From Stegostoma tigrinum (lineage: Eukaryota), in assembly GCF_030684315.1 (NCBI RefSeq), contig NC_081382.1:34110620-34174619 (forward strand): DNA of 64,000 nucleotides, in the 5' to 3' direction. Under the pieces are notes generated by a model. It was not told the DNA's origin, did no database searches, and saw only the letters and a program-made list of their open reading frames with translations. How positions within the stretch are numbered: the stretch's first letter is position 1; every line of letters begins with the position of its first letter. The position numbers and the translations under genes were made by a program. This document shows positions 10,430 to 23,790 of the stretch, piece by piece.

Positions 10430-10860
10430 ACCATTAAGATATAGGAGCAGAATTTGACTATTCGGCCCATTTGAGTCTCCTCCGTGATTCAATCATGGCT
10501 GATCAGTTTCTCAACCCATTCTCTTGCTTTCTGTTTGTAACTTCCCATTAATATCCAAGAACCCATCTCCGCCTTAAGTACATTCAGAGACTTGGCTTCT
10601 GCAGTTTTGTGTGACACCTGAGTTCCACAGATTTACCACCCTGTAACCGAAGAAATGCCTTTTCCTCTCAGTTCTAAAGGATCATCTCTTCACACTGAGG
10701 CTGGAGTCTCAGGCCCTAGTCTTTCCTACTAGTGAAAATATCATACCCACATTCAGTCTACCCAGGCCCCCCCCCATATTCTGTAAGTTTCAATGAGATT
10801 GCCCCTTCATCCTTGCATCTCCATAGAGTATAGTCCCGGAGTCCTCAACCGCCTCTCGAT
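10430..10860 (-). mobile_element. CR1 LINE 3' end, decayed
   Basis: accattaagatataggagcagaat...ttcggcccatt...tcaatcatggctgat is a typical reverse-complemented shark CR1 tail. Confidence 0.65.
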
Positions 10861-11489
10861 TCCAATTCGGATTTTACTTGTGGGAGGTAACAACACCAAG
10901 ATCATACGTTGTTTCCATTTTGGCTGGGATATAACACGTGTCCATTTTCCCTTTATTCTTCCACTGGTCATATGGTTCATATCTGTAGAAAATCGAGGAG
11001 TGATTTTATCCTATAATTTATACTTGCTTTCTGCCAACCTTCACAATTGCCACTACAATTTAAGTTTTGTCTGAAAATTTGTTTCATTTTCAATGGTAAC
11101 CCCTACAAAATCAGTGAAGAATCTCCTCGTGGAGCTTGTTGAGTATGAGTTCCATTAGTAATAGGTTCCAGCTGGGCAGGCCGTCGCCTGTCACCTCAGC
11201 ACTTAAGCGCACCAAGGGATTATTCCCCACCAGGTAATGGGAATCCCCGTTGGTGGGTTCCCTATGTAGGAATCTTCCCAGTTTGCTTCAGGAACTTGGT
11301 ATGGAGGATTTTGCATGCAGCTGTCCCATGTTGTCACAGATGGTGGTCGTTCTTGGACTCCCAGCTCAACTGTTTATTTTGTGATGCTGTGGAGTCTGTG
11401 GACAATGTTTAGATTGATTGTGGATATTTACACTTTTTTTCATAAACTTGAAAAATCTTGTGTGTTTTTTTGTTGTACTTGATCTCTGT

Positions 11490-13270
11490 ACATCTGAGCC
11501 TTGGGCATTTGACATGGAGTGTGGACAGATTGGATGGTCACCTCGTGAGTCTGCTCCTGGGCCTAGCCACGCTGGGTATAAACAGGTCCAGGCAGCAGGC
11601 TGTGGAAGGGTCATCACTGCCCTTCTGCGGTTATGTTTGTGTCTGATGTCTTTGGAGAAGGAGCATGCAGTGTCCATCAGTACTCTAAATGCCTTTTGTC
11701 GGAGGTGGACACTGTTGGGGGATACACTGCTTTATTTCTCCTCCTACTCGGTTTTGATTTAGTTCCCCCTAACTCTGACTTGCATTGCCCATAATGGGCT
11801 TTGCTTGCAAAAACTCACATGGTGTTTAGGTGTTTTTACTAGTGGTGGTTATTTAGTTTTTAAAAAATGCAGAAAAAATGTGGCACTGATTTTGGTGGGC
11901 AGGTCACTCAGTTGTGTGAGTCTGTTTCTGTTTCCGGGTAGAAAAACAATAAAGCAGTTAACTCAGATGCCTAGAGTATGGTGTTAATAACATTAAGGTC
12001 AGGGGTTCAATCCCCATTCTGGCCAAACCTGCTGGCTTCCACCTAAGACTTTATTGTGGTCTTGTGGTTTAGTTGTAATTTCCCTAACTCTAAACCAGGA
12101 GGCCTGGGTCCCACCTGCTCCAGAGGTAATGTCCTATTATCTTTGAACGGGTTGACAAGAGAGAGAAAATAAGTAAAGTCAAAATGGTGCCCTTATTGGG
12201 CTTTGCATATAAATGTTTAATTGGTTGCCTGGGTATTTATTGATGGTGGTAGTCAGCAGTTTAGAATAAAAATGGTGATTTTATTGGTGGGAAGGTTGCT
12301 CAGTTGTGTATGATAACACTTGTGTGTAGAAAAACAAAGCCCAGAGGGCTATTATGGTGCAGAGGTAGTATCCCTACTTTTGAGCCAGGAGGCCCAGGCT
12401 CAATTCCCACCTGTTCCAGAGATGTGTAATAACAAACTTGAGCAGGTTGGTTAGTAACTAGGTTTTTTTTAAAAAGTGGATCTAATATGAAAAGGAAAGA
12501 ACGTAAAGCAGACCCTATGGGTATATCTGCCGACTGTCTTCTACTCTTCTGCAGTTAGGTTCATGCTTGGGTGTCATTTGAGAGGGAATATGTGATGTCC
12601 ATCAATGCTCTTGCTGTCCTTAGAGAAAGGTGGGCAATGTGTGGCATACAGTGCTTTATTTCCCACTCCAGCTCCATTTTGATTTAGTCCCTTCCCTCTT
12701 TCCTTACCTCCCCTCACTTCTGATGGTTTGCATTGCCTTTAATGGACTTAGCGTGTAAATATTTAATTAGCTGCACAGGTGATTACTGTTGGTGTTTAGT
12801 TGCTTTTTTTTGGAAAAAGCAACTAGTCGTGATGATTTTGGTACTGGGGCATGCGCTCAGTTGTGTATGATGACACTTCTAGGTATAAGGAAATGGAAGT
12901 AAAATAAAGCAGACCCAATACGAAAAGAGAAACAAAGAATGACCAGTGGGTCTGCTCTGCTGACTGTCTGTCTGCCACTCCTACCATGGTTATCTTCATG
13001 CCTGGATGTCATTTGAGAGGGAGCATGTGGTGTCCATCAATGCAGTCCAGTGTCTTTTGGAGAGCAGTGGGCATTGCAGGGTATATAGTGCTTTATTTCT
13101 CTACCTAACTTCACTTTTTTGATTTAATCCCTTCCTTCTCTCCCTATCTCCCTCCACCACCCCCACCCCCAACCCCTTCACTTTTGTGGTTTCCATTGCC
13201 CATTGATAGGGTTTGCTTGTTAATGTTTAATTGTCTAAAAGGGTGATTACTAGTGATATTTATAAACAAA
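11490..13270 (+). mobile_element. Cluster of four Tx1/L1-clade 3' ends interleaved with tRNA-derived sequences
   Basis: LLLGLATLGINRSRQQAVEG and SLEKEHAVSISTLNAFCRRW resemble a Tx1-like ORF2 C-terminus. The related gtgtccatca/gctttatttc and/or ctcagttgtgt segments recur in the ~11670-11915, ~12300, ~12595-12865 and ~13030-13100 regions. Confidence 0.55.
11952..12025 (+). pseudogene. tRNA-Ile(AAT)-derived pseudogene
   Basis: gcagttaactcagatgcctagagtatggtgttAATaacattaaggtcaggggttcaatccccattctggcca aligns by eye to vertebrate tRNA-Ile-AAT (GGTTAGCTCAGTTGGTTAGAGCGTGGTGCTAATAACGCCAAGGTCGCGGGTTCGATCCCCGTACGGGCCA). Stems are damaged. Confidence 0.65.
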
Positions 13271-13996
13271 AATAAAAATAGAAATTGCAGGCAAAGCTTG
13301 GGTAAAGTGACTTGAAACATTAGCTGATTTCTCTCCACAGGTGCTGCCAGACCTGTTGAACTTTTCCAGTAATTTCTGTTATTGTCTCTGTAGAAAAAGG
13401 CAGACCCAACTTTATTGGTGGTTAGTAGTTAAAACAAAAAAAAGTAATGATAATGGAGTAAAATTTGGTTACATGTGGAAAACTCATGAGGATATAAAGG
13501 AAAAGGAAATCAGATCCAGGAATGAATCTCAAACTGTCTGTCTTTGGCTGGAATTGCCTATGTATGCCATGAGTAGTGGTTCTATTTTAGTGTTCAACAA
13601 TGAATAATGTTCCTTTCTGGTCCGGTCACCCGAGTTATTACAGTTTAAAACTTTCAATTTTAAGCAGGTAGTCTTTGGTACCATTACATCCATCATTTTT
13701 TAAAAAAGGAAGTACTTACTTTAGCAAGTTTACTGAGTAGTTAACGTAAATCTAGGCAGTTTAATTAAAATGCTGTTTATGAATGTTCGAGCATATTAAT
13801 CAACCAACAATTCCAGATTCACAACCAATATTTTTATCTATTAATCCCACCTTGCTGGCTGTTTTGGGTATCAATAAAATTGAATTGTTAACCACTATTT
13901 TTGCAACTAATCTGTAGCTAAATCACTTTGAATATAGCATGGTGATTTATTTTGCTTTCGTTTTAGCATTTACTTTCTGCAGCTAGCTAGTAGTCT

Positions 13997-14122
13997 AGAT
14001 TAGATTCCCTACAATGTGGAAATAGGCCCTTTGGCCCAACATGTCCACACCGCCCCTTGATATATCCCACCCAGACCTGGTGCTGGGAGACTGCAGTGCT
14101 AACCACTGAGCCACCGTGCTGC
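13997..14122 (-). mobile_element. HE1-type SINE, internally deleted
   Basis: Reverse of head (gcagcacggtggctcagtggttagcactgc) joined to reverse of tail (ccacattgtagggaatctaatcta). Confidence 0.7.
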
Positions 14123-14340
14123 ACCATTAGAAAGAACTATTCTTCTCTGATCAAATATTTAACCTTGCTATTTGACTTAGAGATGTTTAACAATTCTATT
14201 TAGCTTGAAATTCTTTATTTGAAGCATTACATACCTTTTAATGAGGAAAAAGAAGTTGTTTTACAATCTAATTTTCTCCTTTTAACTTTTAGTTTTTAAC
14301 AGATTTTCTCACCATTAATACAGACAGTATTGAAAGGGAT

Positions 14341-14522
14341 AACACGGTGTGAAGCTGCATGAACACAGGCCAAGCAGCATCAGAAGAGCAGGAAAGTTTG
14401 ATGTTTCGAGTTGTCAAGCTTTCCTGCTCCTCTGATGCTGCTTGGCCTGCTGTGTTCATCCAGCTTCACACCATGTTATCTCAGATTCTCCAGCATCGGC
14501 AGTTCCTACTACCTCTCCAAGT
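14341..14522. mobile_element. Miniature hairpin PLE insertion (older subfamily)
   Basis: Inverted repeat of the gctgcttggcctgctgtgttcatccagcttcacacc end. 14-bp TSD gtattgaaagggat at 14327-14340 and 14523-14536. Confidence 0.82.
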
Positions 14523-14573
14523 GTATTGAAAGGGATCTTGCTTGAACTAAACTTACTTTTTTTTTGTAAACAG

Positions 14574-14739
14574 GTGAAACGTTCCCAAATAAATGTGAAC
14601 AAATGCCTTGCATCAGTGCTGACAATTATCTGGATCGCAAACCTCGCCAGGAAGACTTGGTGGGTTGTGTGACATCTGACCAACATGTTGTTCCTCAAAT
14701 CCACATCATAAACCTAATACCAATACCCAATTATTTCAG
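14574..14739 (+). CDS. ENG: Endoglin-like gene exon (orphan region), phase 1>2
   Basis: ttttgtaaacAG|gt...ttcag|GTacag. GETFPNKCEQMPCISADNYLDRKPRQEDLVGCVTSDQHVVPQIHIINLIPIPNYFR resembles betaglycan FPPKC..NYL..EGC..VHIIEL and endoglin VRGC..AHILRV. Confidence 0.85.
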
Positions 14740-14819
14740 GTACAGAATTTGTTGTGTATATTAACTACTCAAGAAAAGATTGAGTTTTTACTGTGTTTAT
14801 TTTGCTTATTCTTTCACTA

Positions 14820-16060
14820 GATTTGGGCTTACTGGTTGGCCAGCATTTTTGTTGTTCTACCCTAACTGAACTTTGGAGGTGCTGTTGAGCCACTTCTTGA
14901 AATGTGGTGTACCTGCACCCACGGTGATGTTGGGGAATTTCAAGACGTTGATCTAGCGGCAGTGATAATGGCAATTATAGTTTCCAAGCTAGGATGCTGT
15001 GTGGGCTGGAGGTATTCTTATGTGTCTACTGCCCTTCGCTTTTAAATGATAGAGGTTGTGAGTTTGGAAGGTACTGGCAAAGGAGATTTGGTGAATTGTT
15101 ACATTGCACCTTGTATTTGGTGCATACATCTACTAATCTACCAGTATTGGAGGAAATAAATGTTTATGGTGCTATTTGGAGTGTTACTAAAGTGTACTTT
15201 TTTTTTGTCCTGGATCGTGTAGAGCTGCACTTATCCAGACAACTGGATAGCATTCCATCGCATTCCTAATTTGTCTTGTTAGGTGGTAGGCAGTGTTTAG
15301 GAGTCAGGAATGAGGAGTTAGATGTGATGGAATTCGTTGGCCTTTAACCTGCTTTGGCAGCCACTGTGTTTACATGGCTTGCCCAGTTCAGTTTCTGGTT
15401 GATGGTAACCCCAAAGATGTTGACACTGGGAAATTCATCAATGGTAATCCTATTAAGTTTAAAGAAATATGGTTAGATTTCCTCTTGTTGAAGCTAGTTA
15501 TTGCCCAGCACTTGTGTGGTTTGAATGTTACTTACCACTTAAACAACCCAAGCCTGAATGTTGTCCAAGACTATGGACCTAGACTGCTTCAGTATCTTGA
15601 GTCATGAGTGGTGCTAAGCATTGTGTAATCATCAGCGAGCATGACCGCTTCTGATCTTATGGAAGGAATGTCATTGATATATCAGCTGAAGTTGTTCAGG
15701 AGACAGACCCCTCAAGAGCTCCTCTATTGATGTCCTGGAACTGAGATGATTGATCTCTAACACTACAGCCATCCTCAAACAATGGATTGATTTCCCCTTG
15801 GTTCCCTTTCACCTCACGTTTGCTAGGGCTCCTTGACTACCACATTCTGTCAGTTGCTGCCATGATGTTAACACTGATCACTGTCACTTATCTTTGTGTT
15901 CAGCTCTTTGTCCATGTTTGAACGAAAGCTGTAATTAGGTCAGAAGATGCATGGCCCTGATGAAACCTAAGTTAATATCAGTAAGTGTCACTTGATAACA
16001 CTGTCAGCAACCTCTTTCCTCATTTCGGTCAAGTGAAATTGGCCAAGTTGTATTTGTCCT
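14820..16060 (-). mobile_element. Old non-LTR retrotransposon (RT region), heavily decayed
   Basis: Reverse-strand RT-like remnants (cccagttcagtttctggttgatggtaacccc...; aatcatcagcgagcat corresponds to the ADD motif). Confidence 0.55.
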
Positions 16061-17062
16061 GCTTTTTCAAAGAGCCACTGTTGCTTTGTACGGAAGTAAT
16101 AAGGCTGACACAGTGATGTGTTTTGTTTGAAAAGTAAACTGGGTCATATATTCCATGACAGGGTGTAATCAATGAAAGTTCAACTTACATTTGATTTTAA
16201 AAAGTGAGTCCCTCATATGTTTTCATCTTTAATAATAAAAAATGTGAAATACTTAACTTTACAACATTTTGTCAGTTATTAAAAATATTGACTTCTGGAA
16301 AATGCAATAACCATAGCAAGAGTGAATAAAGTATTGAATATCAAATTAATCTGTAATTATTTCTTAAGCATCTACATAGCAATTTGATATAAATGTCACT
16401 GTTCATTAATGCTGCTGAGTGTATGTGATTTTTTAAAAAATTTGTCACAAATGCCACAAAAACCAAAATCTCTAAATTATCCACAGAGCACTGCTGTTGT
16501 CTAGGTGTTCAGTAACACTGTTGACATCTGCCTCCAGTGCAGCATAATTTTGAGGTTATTGACCTGCTCTGCAAACCAAAACAATTAGTTTCTATCTACC
16601 TTTCAAATCAAACTTTAAAATATCTCAGTTGGATAACCTCTTCATCTCCTGTACTCAGGTTGTACAGATAAGATCTGTATTTCAATATGCCCCTATTGTT
16701 CAGCACATTCATCACCCCGTATCATTTTGGTGAGTTTCTGCTGCATGCACTCCAAGGCTGATATATCCATTTGAGAACTGATGTCCAGAATTAAATGCCG
16801 AACTTGGATGCTGTTTAAATGGAATCTTCAACAATAGCAGCTTAATGTATTACTCTTTTGTATCTCAAGAGAGCTAGAATACTGGCTAAGATTCTGTTAC
16901 ATTTTTCATGTGCCTACTGTCTATCTACCATAGTCATTGGTTTCTGAACATGGACTGCAGTAAGCCCCTCTGCTGTTTTGCATTTTCTACCTTCTCAATC
17001 AGAAAATACCTTGATCTGTTTTTCTTGGGAGCCAGAGTGGATACTGAACATCTTTAAATTAA

Positions 17063-17150
17063 GAGATAACAAGATGTAGAGCTGGACGAACACATCAGGC
17101 CAAGCAGCATCTTAGCAGCAGGAAAGCTGACGTTTCAGGCTAGACCCTTT
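17063..17150 (-). mobile_element. Solo PLE 3'-end fragment
   Basis: agataacaagatgtagagctggacgaacacatcaggccaagcagcatc...ctgacgtttcaggctagaccctt. Confidence 0.75.
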
Positions 17151-18309
17151 AGAGAGATTGGTTTTCCTTTTGGATGTTGTCCAAATTGTCTACTAGGTAT
17201 TGTCTATTCCCAACATCCTTTTTTAATTTTTCCTCATTTCCATTGTTAGTTTCCTTTTTATCCTTGCAGTTTGGTTCCAATGCCCTTTTCAATTTATTCT
17301 AATGAATGTTTTCCTAACCAGTTTTGCTGTGTTAGGGTTTCATGTTTATTGCCAGACAAAGAAAATAATCTGAAAGATCTTGATTTCATTTTGCAGGGTG
17401 TTTGTTTATTGTGTGCATTCCCTTATTCTTTGATCGGAACATATTTTGTTAGTTGAGAAGGAAGCATATCCATATCATCTGGTATCAATATTATCATTAG
17501 TTTCTGTTGATAATGATCATGAATAAACTTTCAATTTGTTCCTTTAAAAATTCATTGTCTGCCATTTTAACCAGTTTAAAATGCCTGCCCACTGAAATCA
17601 TTTTTTCATTCTATTACCTTTAAATGTGTTTTATTTATATTGTTTCATAATTACTTGTATTCAAAATTGCATAAAAAGTGTAACTACATGGTATAGCATG
17701 TTTGCTAGGCTGTGTTGCTTTCCTTCAGTACAGTTAATCTAATTGGCTAGACCAATGCAAAAGATCAAGGAACCTCGAACACAGATTATAACCAGTGCAG
17801 ATAAACTTAGTACAAAGTGCATTAAATACCTTGAATAAATCACCCCTCCCCTTAATTTACTTAATCACCATGGCAGTTTTCCACTAATTTAATCTGTTTG
17901 CAGGTGTTTGATTAGGCTCTTCAAATTACACTTTTTGAGAAGTCTTGGAGCCTAAGACCACGAAGGAACCCAATTCCAGCTTGATACAGGGGTTTGTTCA
18001 TAAACATGGCCATTTTTTTTAACGTGAATCTGTACAAATCCTTGTTATTGCTCTGCCTGCTTTTCTCTGGGAAAAGAAAATAAGATTATAATATTTCACT
18101 TTATAATGTGAAGAGAATTTTACACAGCAGTGTACTGCAAACTGTTCTATATTGCTTGTATTTCCTGCAGCAATTGAAATGAATCAGACATGTGATATTT
18201 AAGAGCTGCAGTCATTTTGACTGGCACAGACAAAGCTATCTTCGCCATGCTTTGTGGTTGCAAATTTGCAGATTTCACACAGACCTTTTTGTGAAGTGAA
18301 GAAACCTCG

Positions 18310-20085
18310 AGATTAGGTACGCACTAAAACTAAAAGTACGCAGCTGCCACCAAGGCACGCTGGGGAGAGACCACTCTCTAAGGTCTTTCTGGTGAAGTTA
18401 AATGGGGTCCATTCAGTTGTTGGACCCCTCCCATTGCCTCAAATATGCATAAATATAATCTTGCACAAGTAAGAAATGCCATTTGGTTTATTGGAGAGTC
18501 AATCTCCAATGGTTTGTTTGTTCGTTTGTCTCTTCATTTGCTACTGTACAGCACCAATCTAGTGATTTATTTGTATATGAAAGTACTTTATGAATAAAGT
18601 ATATTTTAGAAATTAAGAAAAGCCATGTGGGGAAGACTGCTGTCCAAGGTCTTTCTGGCAAAGCACAGTGGGGGTTCTCTTCAGTTATCAGACCCTCTTG
18701 GTACCTCCAATGTATCGAAATACAGCCCTGCATAATTAAGCAATGTCCCAGGGTTTTTGAAATTGCAGGGCCAGTTCTTTATGTGCAGGGACTGTTCAGA
18801 ACTGCATCAGTAACTATGTACATAAAAATTCTTTTTTTATAAATAAAAGGTATATTTTTGCAATAAAAAAGCCTCAAGAGGCAGAAACTGTGCAGATGGG
18901 AGCACTGCTCCTTCTCCACTATGGGTAAAATGTAAATATCAGATGTGAGCTATTTATAGTGCTGCTGCACGTGGCGCAGATCTAGTCCATTCTTCAAGAA
19001 TGTGCCACTGCAGTCACCTGAGCCATCTTCCCCTTGAATGGGACTGTGCCCTCGGATACAATGTGCAAAGCTCTGGATAAGGAGGGGAGGGGCATACCCA
19101 ATACCACCCTCATCCTGTTAGCCACCTTTGTGTGGCTGTAGCAAGTTGTGTGTAGATCCTCGGTATATAAACACCAAGTGTCACAACATATTGAGGTTTT
19201 ACCCCTTCCCAGTGTTATGAAGGATGGGTCTGGCCTCTCTGCAAAGCACTCTAAGTATGTGGACTGTTATGTCCAGGAAAAGGAGAGGGTTAATTCTGTC
19301 AGGTGGTTCCCTGAGCAGACTGTGTCAAAGTAATTTGGCAGAATCCCTTTTTGCCAGAACTTTGCAACAAGCACCAAGACATAGCTTGGCTAGTGGTGAG
19401 AAGGATACAGTGTTAGATCCTTCATGTATGCCTACATTCTTTCCTCCATTCCATGCTACCTTCAAAGTGGGCTACGACTGGGGAGGAGAATGTCATACTT
19501 CACCTGTTAAAATGTGTCTCTGATAGGAAAGTTTAGATATAGATGTACTGACTTTTGTCGAGATTTGGCCCAAGCAGCTCCATAATGTCGGATCCTGTGA
19601 TGTATAGGCTGTTCCCTGGGACGCATTGATAAAAACATCATCTGCGCCTAGAAGGCCATCAACTTAATGAAAGTTGCTGTTTAGTCTGCCTGAAACCTGT
19701 TGATTTTCCAATGTAAAGTGTTGACCTCAACCAAGTGTAGGAGACTGGCACAATTCAAAGTCCAGGACTAAGTGCTGAGAAATACATTGAAGGTTGGAGC
19801 AGCTGCAACCAAGTTTCAGTGGGGAAAGACTACCATCTAAGATCTTTCTGTCAGAGTGTAATGAGGGTCTGTTAGGGTCTCAGACCACATTGTTGCCTGA
19901 AAATGAAATAGTTTCCTGCATGAGTAGATGCCTTTGTAAGTGCAACATGGAGGGTAGCTCTAGGGGATGTCAAAATCTAATGTCAATTTATCTTTCTCTC
20001 AGCAAAGACTGTACAAAACCTTCCTTGGACCTTTTGTGTGTACCCAAACATTTTTATGAATAACGTATATTTTTGAATTTAAAAA
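18310..20085 (+). mobile_element. Three stacked Tx1-like 3' ends
   Basis: The ORF2 end (...gcagctgccaccaagg/tggggaagactgctgtccaagg) and the tail tttatgaataaagtatatttt recur at ~18590, ~18840 and ~20055. Same family as 58450-60950. Confidence 0.6.
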
Positions 20086-21524
20086 ATCATCATGCACTGG
20101 CCCTATATGACATTGAGGGGAGAATTATTCCCTGAAAGTCCTTGATTACAAACCTTGAACTACAAAGCCTGCCATATCTCCTCTGATCTACTGACAGCTT
20201 CTCCTCAATCTCCAAGTCACAATTAGTTTCAAACTAAAATTCTACCAGACCAGGAGGCATGCAGATCCTGTTAACAAAATGGTTTCCTTCTGTCGTGGAA
20301 TCAGTAGTGTTTTGTATTGGTACTTGTAGTTTTTAGCTGCTGTCCCTAACTGAAAAGGGAAACTGCAAAGGGACCCCATTAATAGAAACAAACTCTGCTA
20401 GTTTCTAAGGAAACTAGCACTGAAACTGTATTTGGAAACTAAAATTTTGAGCATTACTGAATTTCTAGCATAGGAAGCATGGGATTGTAAAATAAATTCT
20501 TAAAAGATTTTCCGCACAAAGGCAGCCATTTGCACTGGATGAAAAATTACCACTCTGCTTAGCCCCACTATCCAGAACTTGGTGTGTAGCCCTTCTGTTG
20601 TACAGCATGTAAAAGGGCATGGATAAATTTTAAGCTCACCATATATGATCCCAGTGATGCAGTACAAGAAAGCTGAAGAAAATGAAGGCTATATTCAGAA
20701 ATTGAGAATAAGTGAGTGCACAGATTGCAACTGTACCTGTTACTTTGAGATACTTGGTGAATATACATACTGTAGATTTTCCAAGAAGAATTGAGAATGT
20801 CCTGTCTGCCAGCACCGTTTTGGTGAAGATGATGTCCATAGAATTCTGTGCATTGCTGTAATTTGGGTGTAGGCTGACCCATTGTGGTTTGGCAGGGGAT
20901 GGGGAGCTGAAATTCTCGAAGAAGAAAAGAATTTTTAAAAACGTTATAGTGGAGCATGACCTATGTGCTGAAGATACTGCTGAACTCATTTTAAAGACTT
21001 TTTTTGGTGTTAGCAATTTATACCTTAACACACAAACTGAGGTTGATGTTAACTTGTGTAAATTTGTTAATTGGGTGGTTGGACTTCAACAAAGTGAAAA
21101 GTCTTTTTAATCTGCTTCAATCTTGAGGCTGCATCCTTTTTAGCAAATAAGTGGAACTTTGGACTTCTTCCTTTTAAAGATTAGTTACTGGTCTCTACCC
21201 AGTGTGCTTCCCATTGAAGTGTACTTGTATGCAGCTTGGATCCTGTTTTCAAGCCTTAAGTGACTTTTTGACCAAGTAAGACTATAAAGGTGTTATTTGC
21301 CTAATTTAGCCTCCATCTTCACTACATCCATCCTATCAAAAACCTTTACATTTAAAGACCTTGGTTAGGACTCCCCACAGCCTTCTCTTGCTAAAAATAT
21401 GCTGCCTTTCACAAATTTGTGCTGTTCCAAAGTACCTCACAGCCAACGGTGTATCTTTGAAGATAAATTTCTCTTGTAGTGTGGGAAACTTGATAGCTCG
21501 TTTTGTGAGCAAGGGTTACTGATA

Positions 21525-21900
21525 TGGTCCCCTCTATACTGGGAAGACGAAACACTGATATCTGTGCTGTGCATGCACCAATCAACCCAACCTTTACATT
21601 GCCATCCACTTTAACTCCCCTAGTGATATGTCCATCCTTGGCATCCTCGACTGTAACAGTGAGGCCAAATGTAAACTGGAGGGACAATACTTCCCATTTC
21701 ACCTTGGGAGTTTACAGCCTAGTGACCTGAATATTGACTTCACCAGCTTCAAAATCTGTCCCCCCCCCCAACCCGTTCATCTTCCTACTCCTATCCACTC
21801 CACTTTTACCACTGACCAACCACAATAACCCCCTACCTACGTCCACCTATCTTCATCTCACCTACCCCCCAGCTCCACTCCATCCTCTATTTATTTCTGG
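21525..21900 (+). mobile_element. Decayed PLE GIY-YIG/3' UTR
   Basis: MSILGILDCNSEAKCKLEGQYFPFHLGSLQPSDLNIDFTSFKI is homologous to the endonuclease C-terminus of the young copies. Confidence 0.75.
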
Positions 21901-22921
21901 CTAGTAGCTAGTGAACACATCAGAATAATTTCTGAGATACTCAGTTCTTACACTTCTGTGCTCCAATGAATGCACCTATTATCGGCTTTTGATTCGTCAT
22001 TTTCGTGTTTTCCTAGTTGTCATCCCAATGAATCAGTGCTGCATCTTCATTGCTTTCTATATTAAGTTTCTCATGACTGCATCCCTTTAATGAATTTTCA
22101 AAAAACTAAAATAAAGTACAATAAAATAAAAACAGAATACATCTGATGAAAACTGTAAGGATTTAATTCTGACCAACAAATCACATCTATTCTTAAATAG
22201 TACAAAGTTGCACTGATATGATCCTGAAAAGTCTACATTTGCATTTTAGGATTGTCAGTTTGTTGATCAAAATTGTTTTTTCCTACCAATGTTCTGATCA
22301 CATCGAAATTTCTGTTATGTAAATCAAATGACTGGGTGGTCTTGTGGCCCAACTGTATTTCAACTTGTAAATACTTCTGGCATATTCCTATAGTGGCAAT
22401 ACAATTTCTGGTCAGCAATGGAGTGGAAAACCTATTGGAGCATTTACCATTACAACCAGCTCCAGACTGCAACCTGCAAGTAAAAGTCTATGTTCCAAAG
22501 CAACCTGGACTTCTTAGGCTGTTTAGCCATTTGGCCAGAGTCAGTGTAGATCAAATTAAGCAGCATGGGTTTGATTTCCAATCACCATGGATTTGGGTCT
22601 GGCCTCTTTGCCCTGCCCAGGGTGCATATCTCAGTAGTGGATCTGCCTTCAAGAAGGAAACTAGAATAGAAATAAATAATTACTTCCATGTTTTTAGATT
22701 AATGGACTTTTTTTCCTTTATGCTGTATACATATTTGTGAGCCTTCTGTAGTTTTCAACCTAGATATTCAGGAAGGCCACGTGATCCATCTATTATTATA
22801 CTAGACAATTTTCAAGTTATTTTAATTGCTTATTTATTATATAGTTATACATAAAATATTGTAACATGTATTTATCATTATACTCTTAACAAATCCCTTT
22901 TTTTGGGCTCTCAAAACTTAG

Positions 22922-23063
22922 GAGCTTGGAAGATAAGAGTGTTAACTTGAATGTTGAATTTACACATGGAAATAATTGCCCAACTGTGTACCTGGTTATA
23001 CAGAGCAATAAGCCTATAAACCTGAACATCAGTGGTGAAGTTCCTTCTTCATTACAACTTAAG
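22922..23063 (+). CDS. ENG: Endoglin-like gene exon (orphan region), phase 2>0
   Basis: aaacttAG|gagc...cttaag|GTaata. SLEDKSVNLNVEFTHGNNCPTVYLVIQSNKPINLNISGEVPSSLQLK. Phase-compatible on both sides. Confidence 0.8.
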
Positions 23064-23148
23064 GTAATAAAACAGTATCAGGGTCACATCATCAAAGTTA
23101 CTGCAGTCATTTAGAACATGTATTCTAAAGACAATTATTCAAAAATTT

Positions 23149-23490
23149 GGGATGGCATGGTGGCTCAGTGGTTAGCACTGCTGCCTTACAGCACCAGGAA
23201 CCTGGGTCAAGCTCCACCTTAGGCAACTGTCTAGCTTGCAGTTTGCACATTCTGTGTGTCAGTTTCCTCTTCGCGTTCCAGTATCCTCCTGCAGTCCAAG
23301 GATATGCAAGTTAGGAGGATTGGTCATGCCAAATTGCCCATAGTCTCCACAGATGTGTAGGCGAGTAGATTGGGCATGGGAACTGCAGGGTTATGAGGCA
23401 GGGGGGGGAGTTCTGGATGGGATGCAGTTTGGAGGTGTGTGTGGACTTGATAGGCTGAGTAGCCTGCTTCCACACTGTAGGGATTCTGTA
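23149..23490 (+). mobile_element. HE1-type V-SINE, decayed
   Basis: tRNA-like head ggtggctcagtggttagcactgctgcc, V-domain tttgcacattct, tail ccacactgtagggattct. Confidence 0.8.
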
Positions 23491-23790
23491 ACTCCATGAA
23501 TAAGCGTTAAATAGTAGTCTTTCATTTCATATTATTTTTCAAAATGTTTTAGTTATACAACTTTAATGTATTATGCTTAAAATGGGCAAGTTTAATATTC
23601 ATTAAGCAACTTAAGTTAAAATTGATTTTTATATTTCATCAATGTTGTTAAGAAAGTGTATTATGTACTTTTTTCCATGTATAAACCAATTTGACTTCAG
23701 ACAAAACAAAATTAGAAGGGTGCCTTCAATGATGACATTTGATTATAAATGATAATCAGATTTGAGTAACAACATTGCATAATTTCTCAG

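Noticed and set aside
11952-12025. Functional tRNA-Ile gene
   Set aside because: Acceptor, D and anticodon stems and the A/B boxes carry multiple mismatches; treated as a relic.
20568-21110. Overlapping 70-130 aa ORFs as host exons
   Set aside because: No convincing splice sites or homology, and the flanking exons (14739 to 22922) already join in phase.
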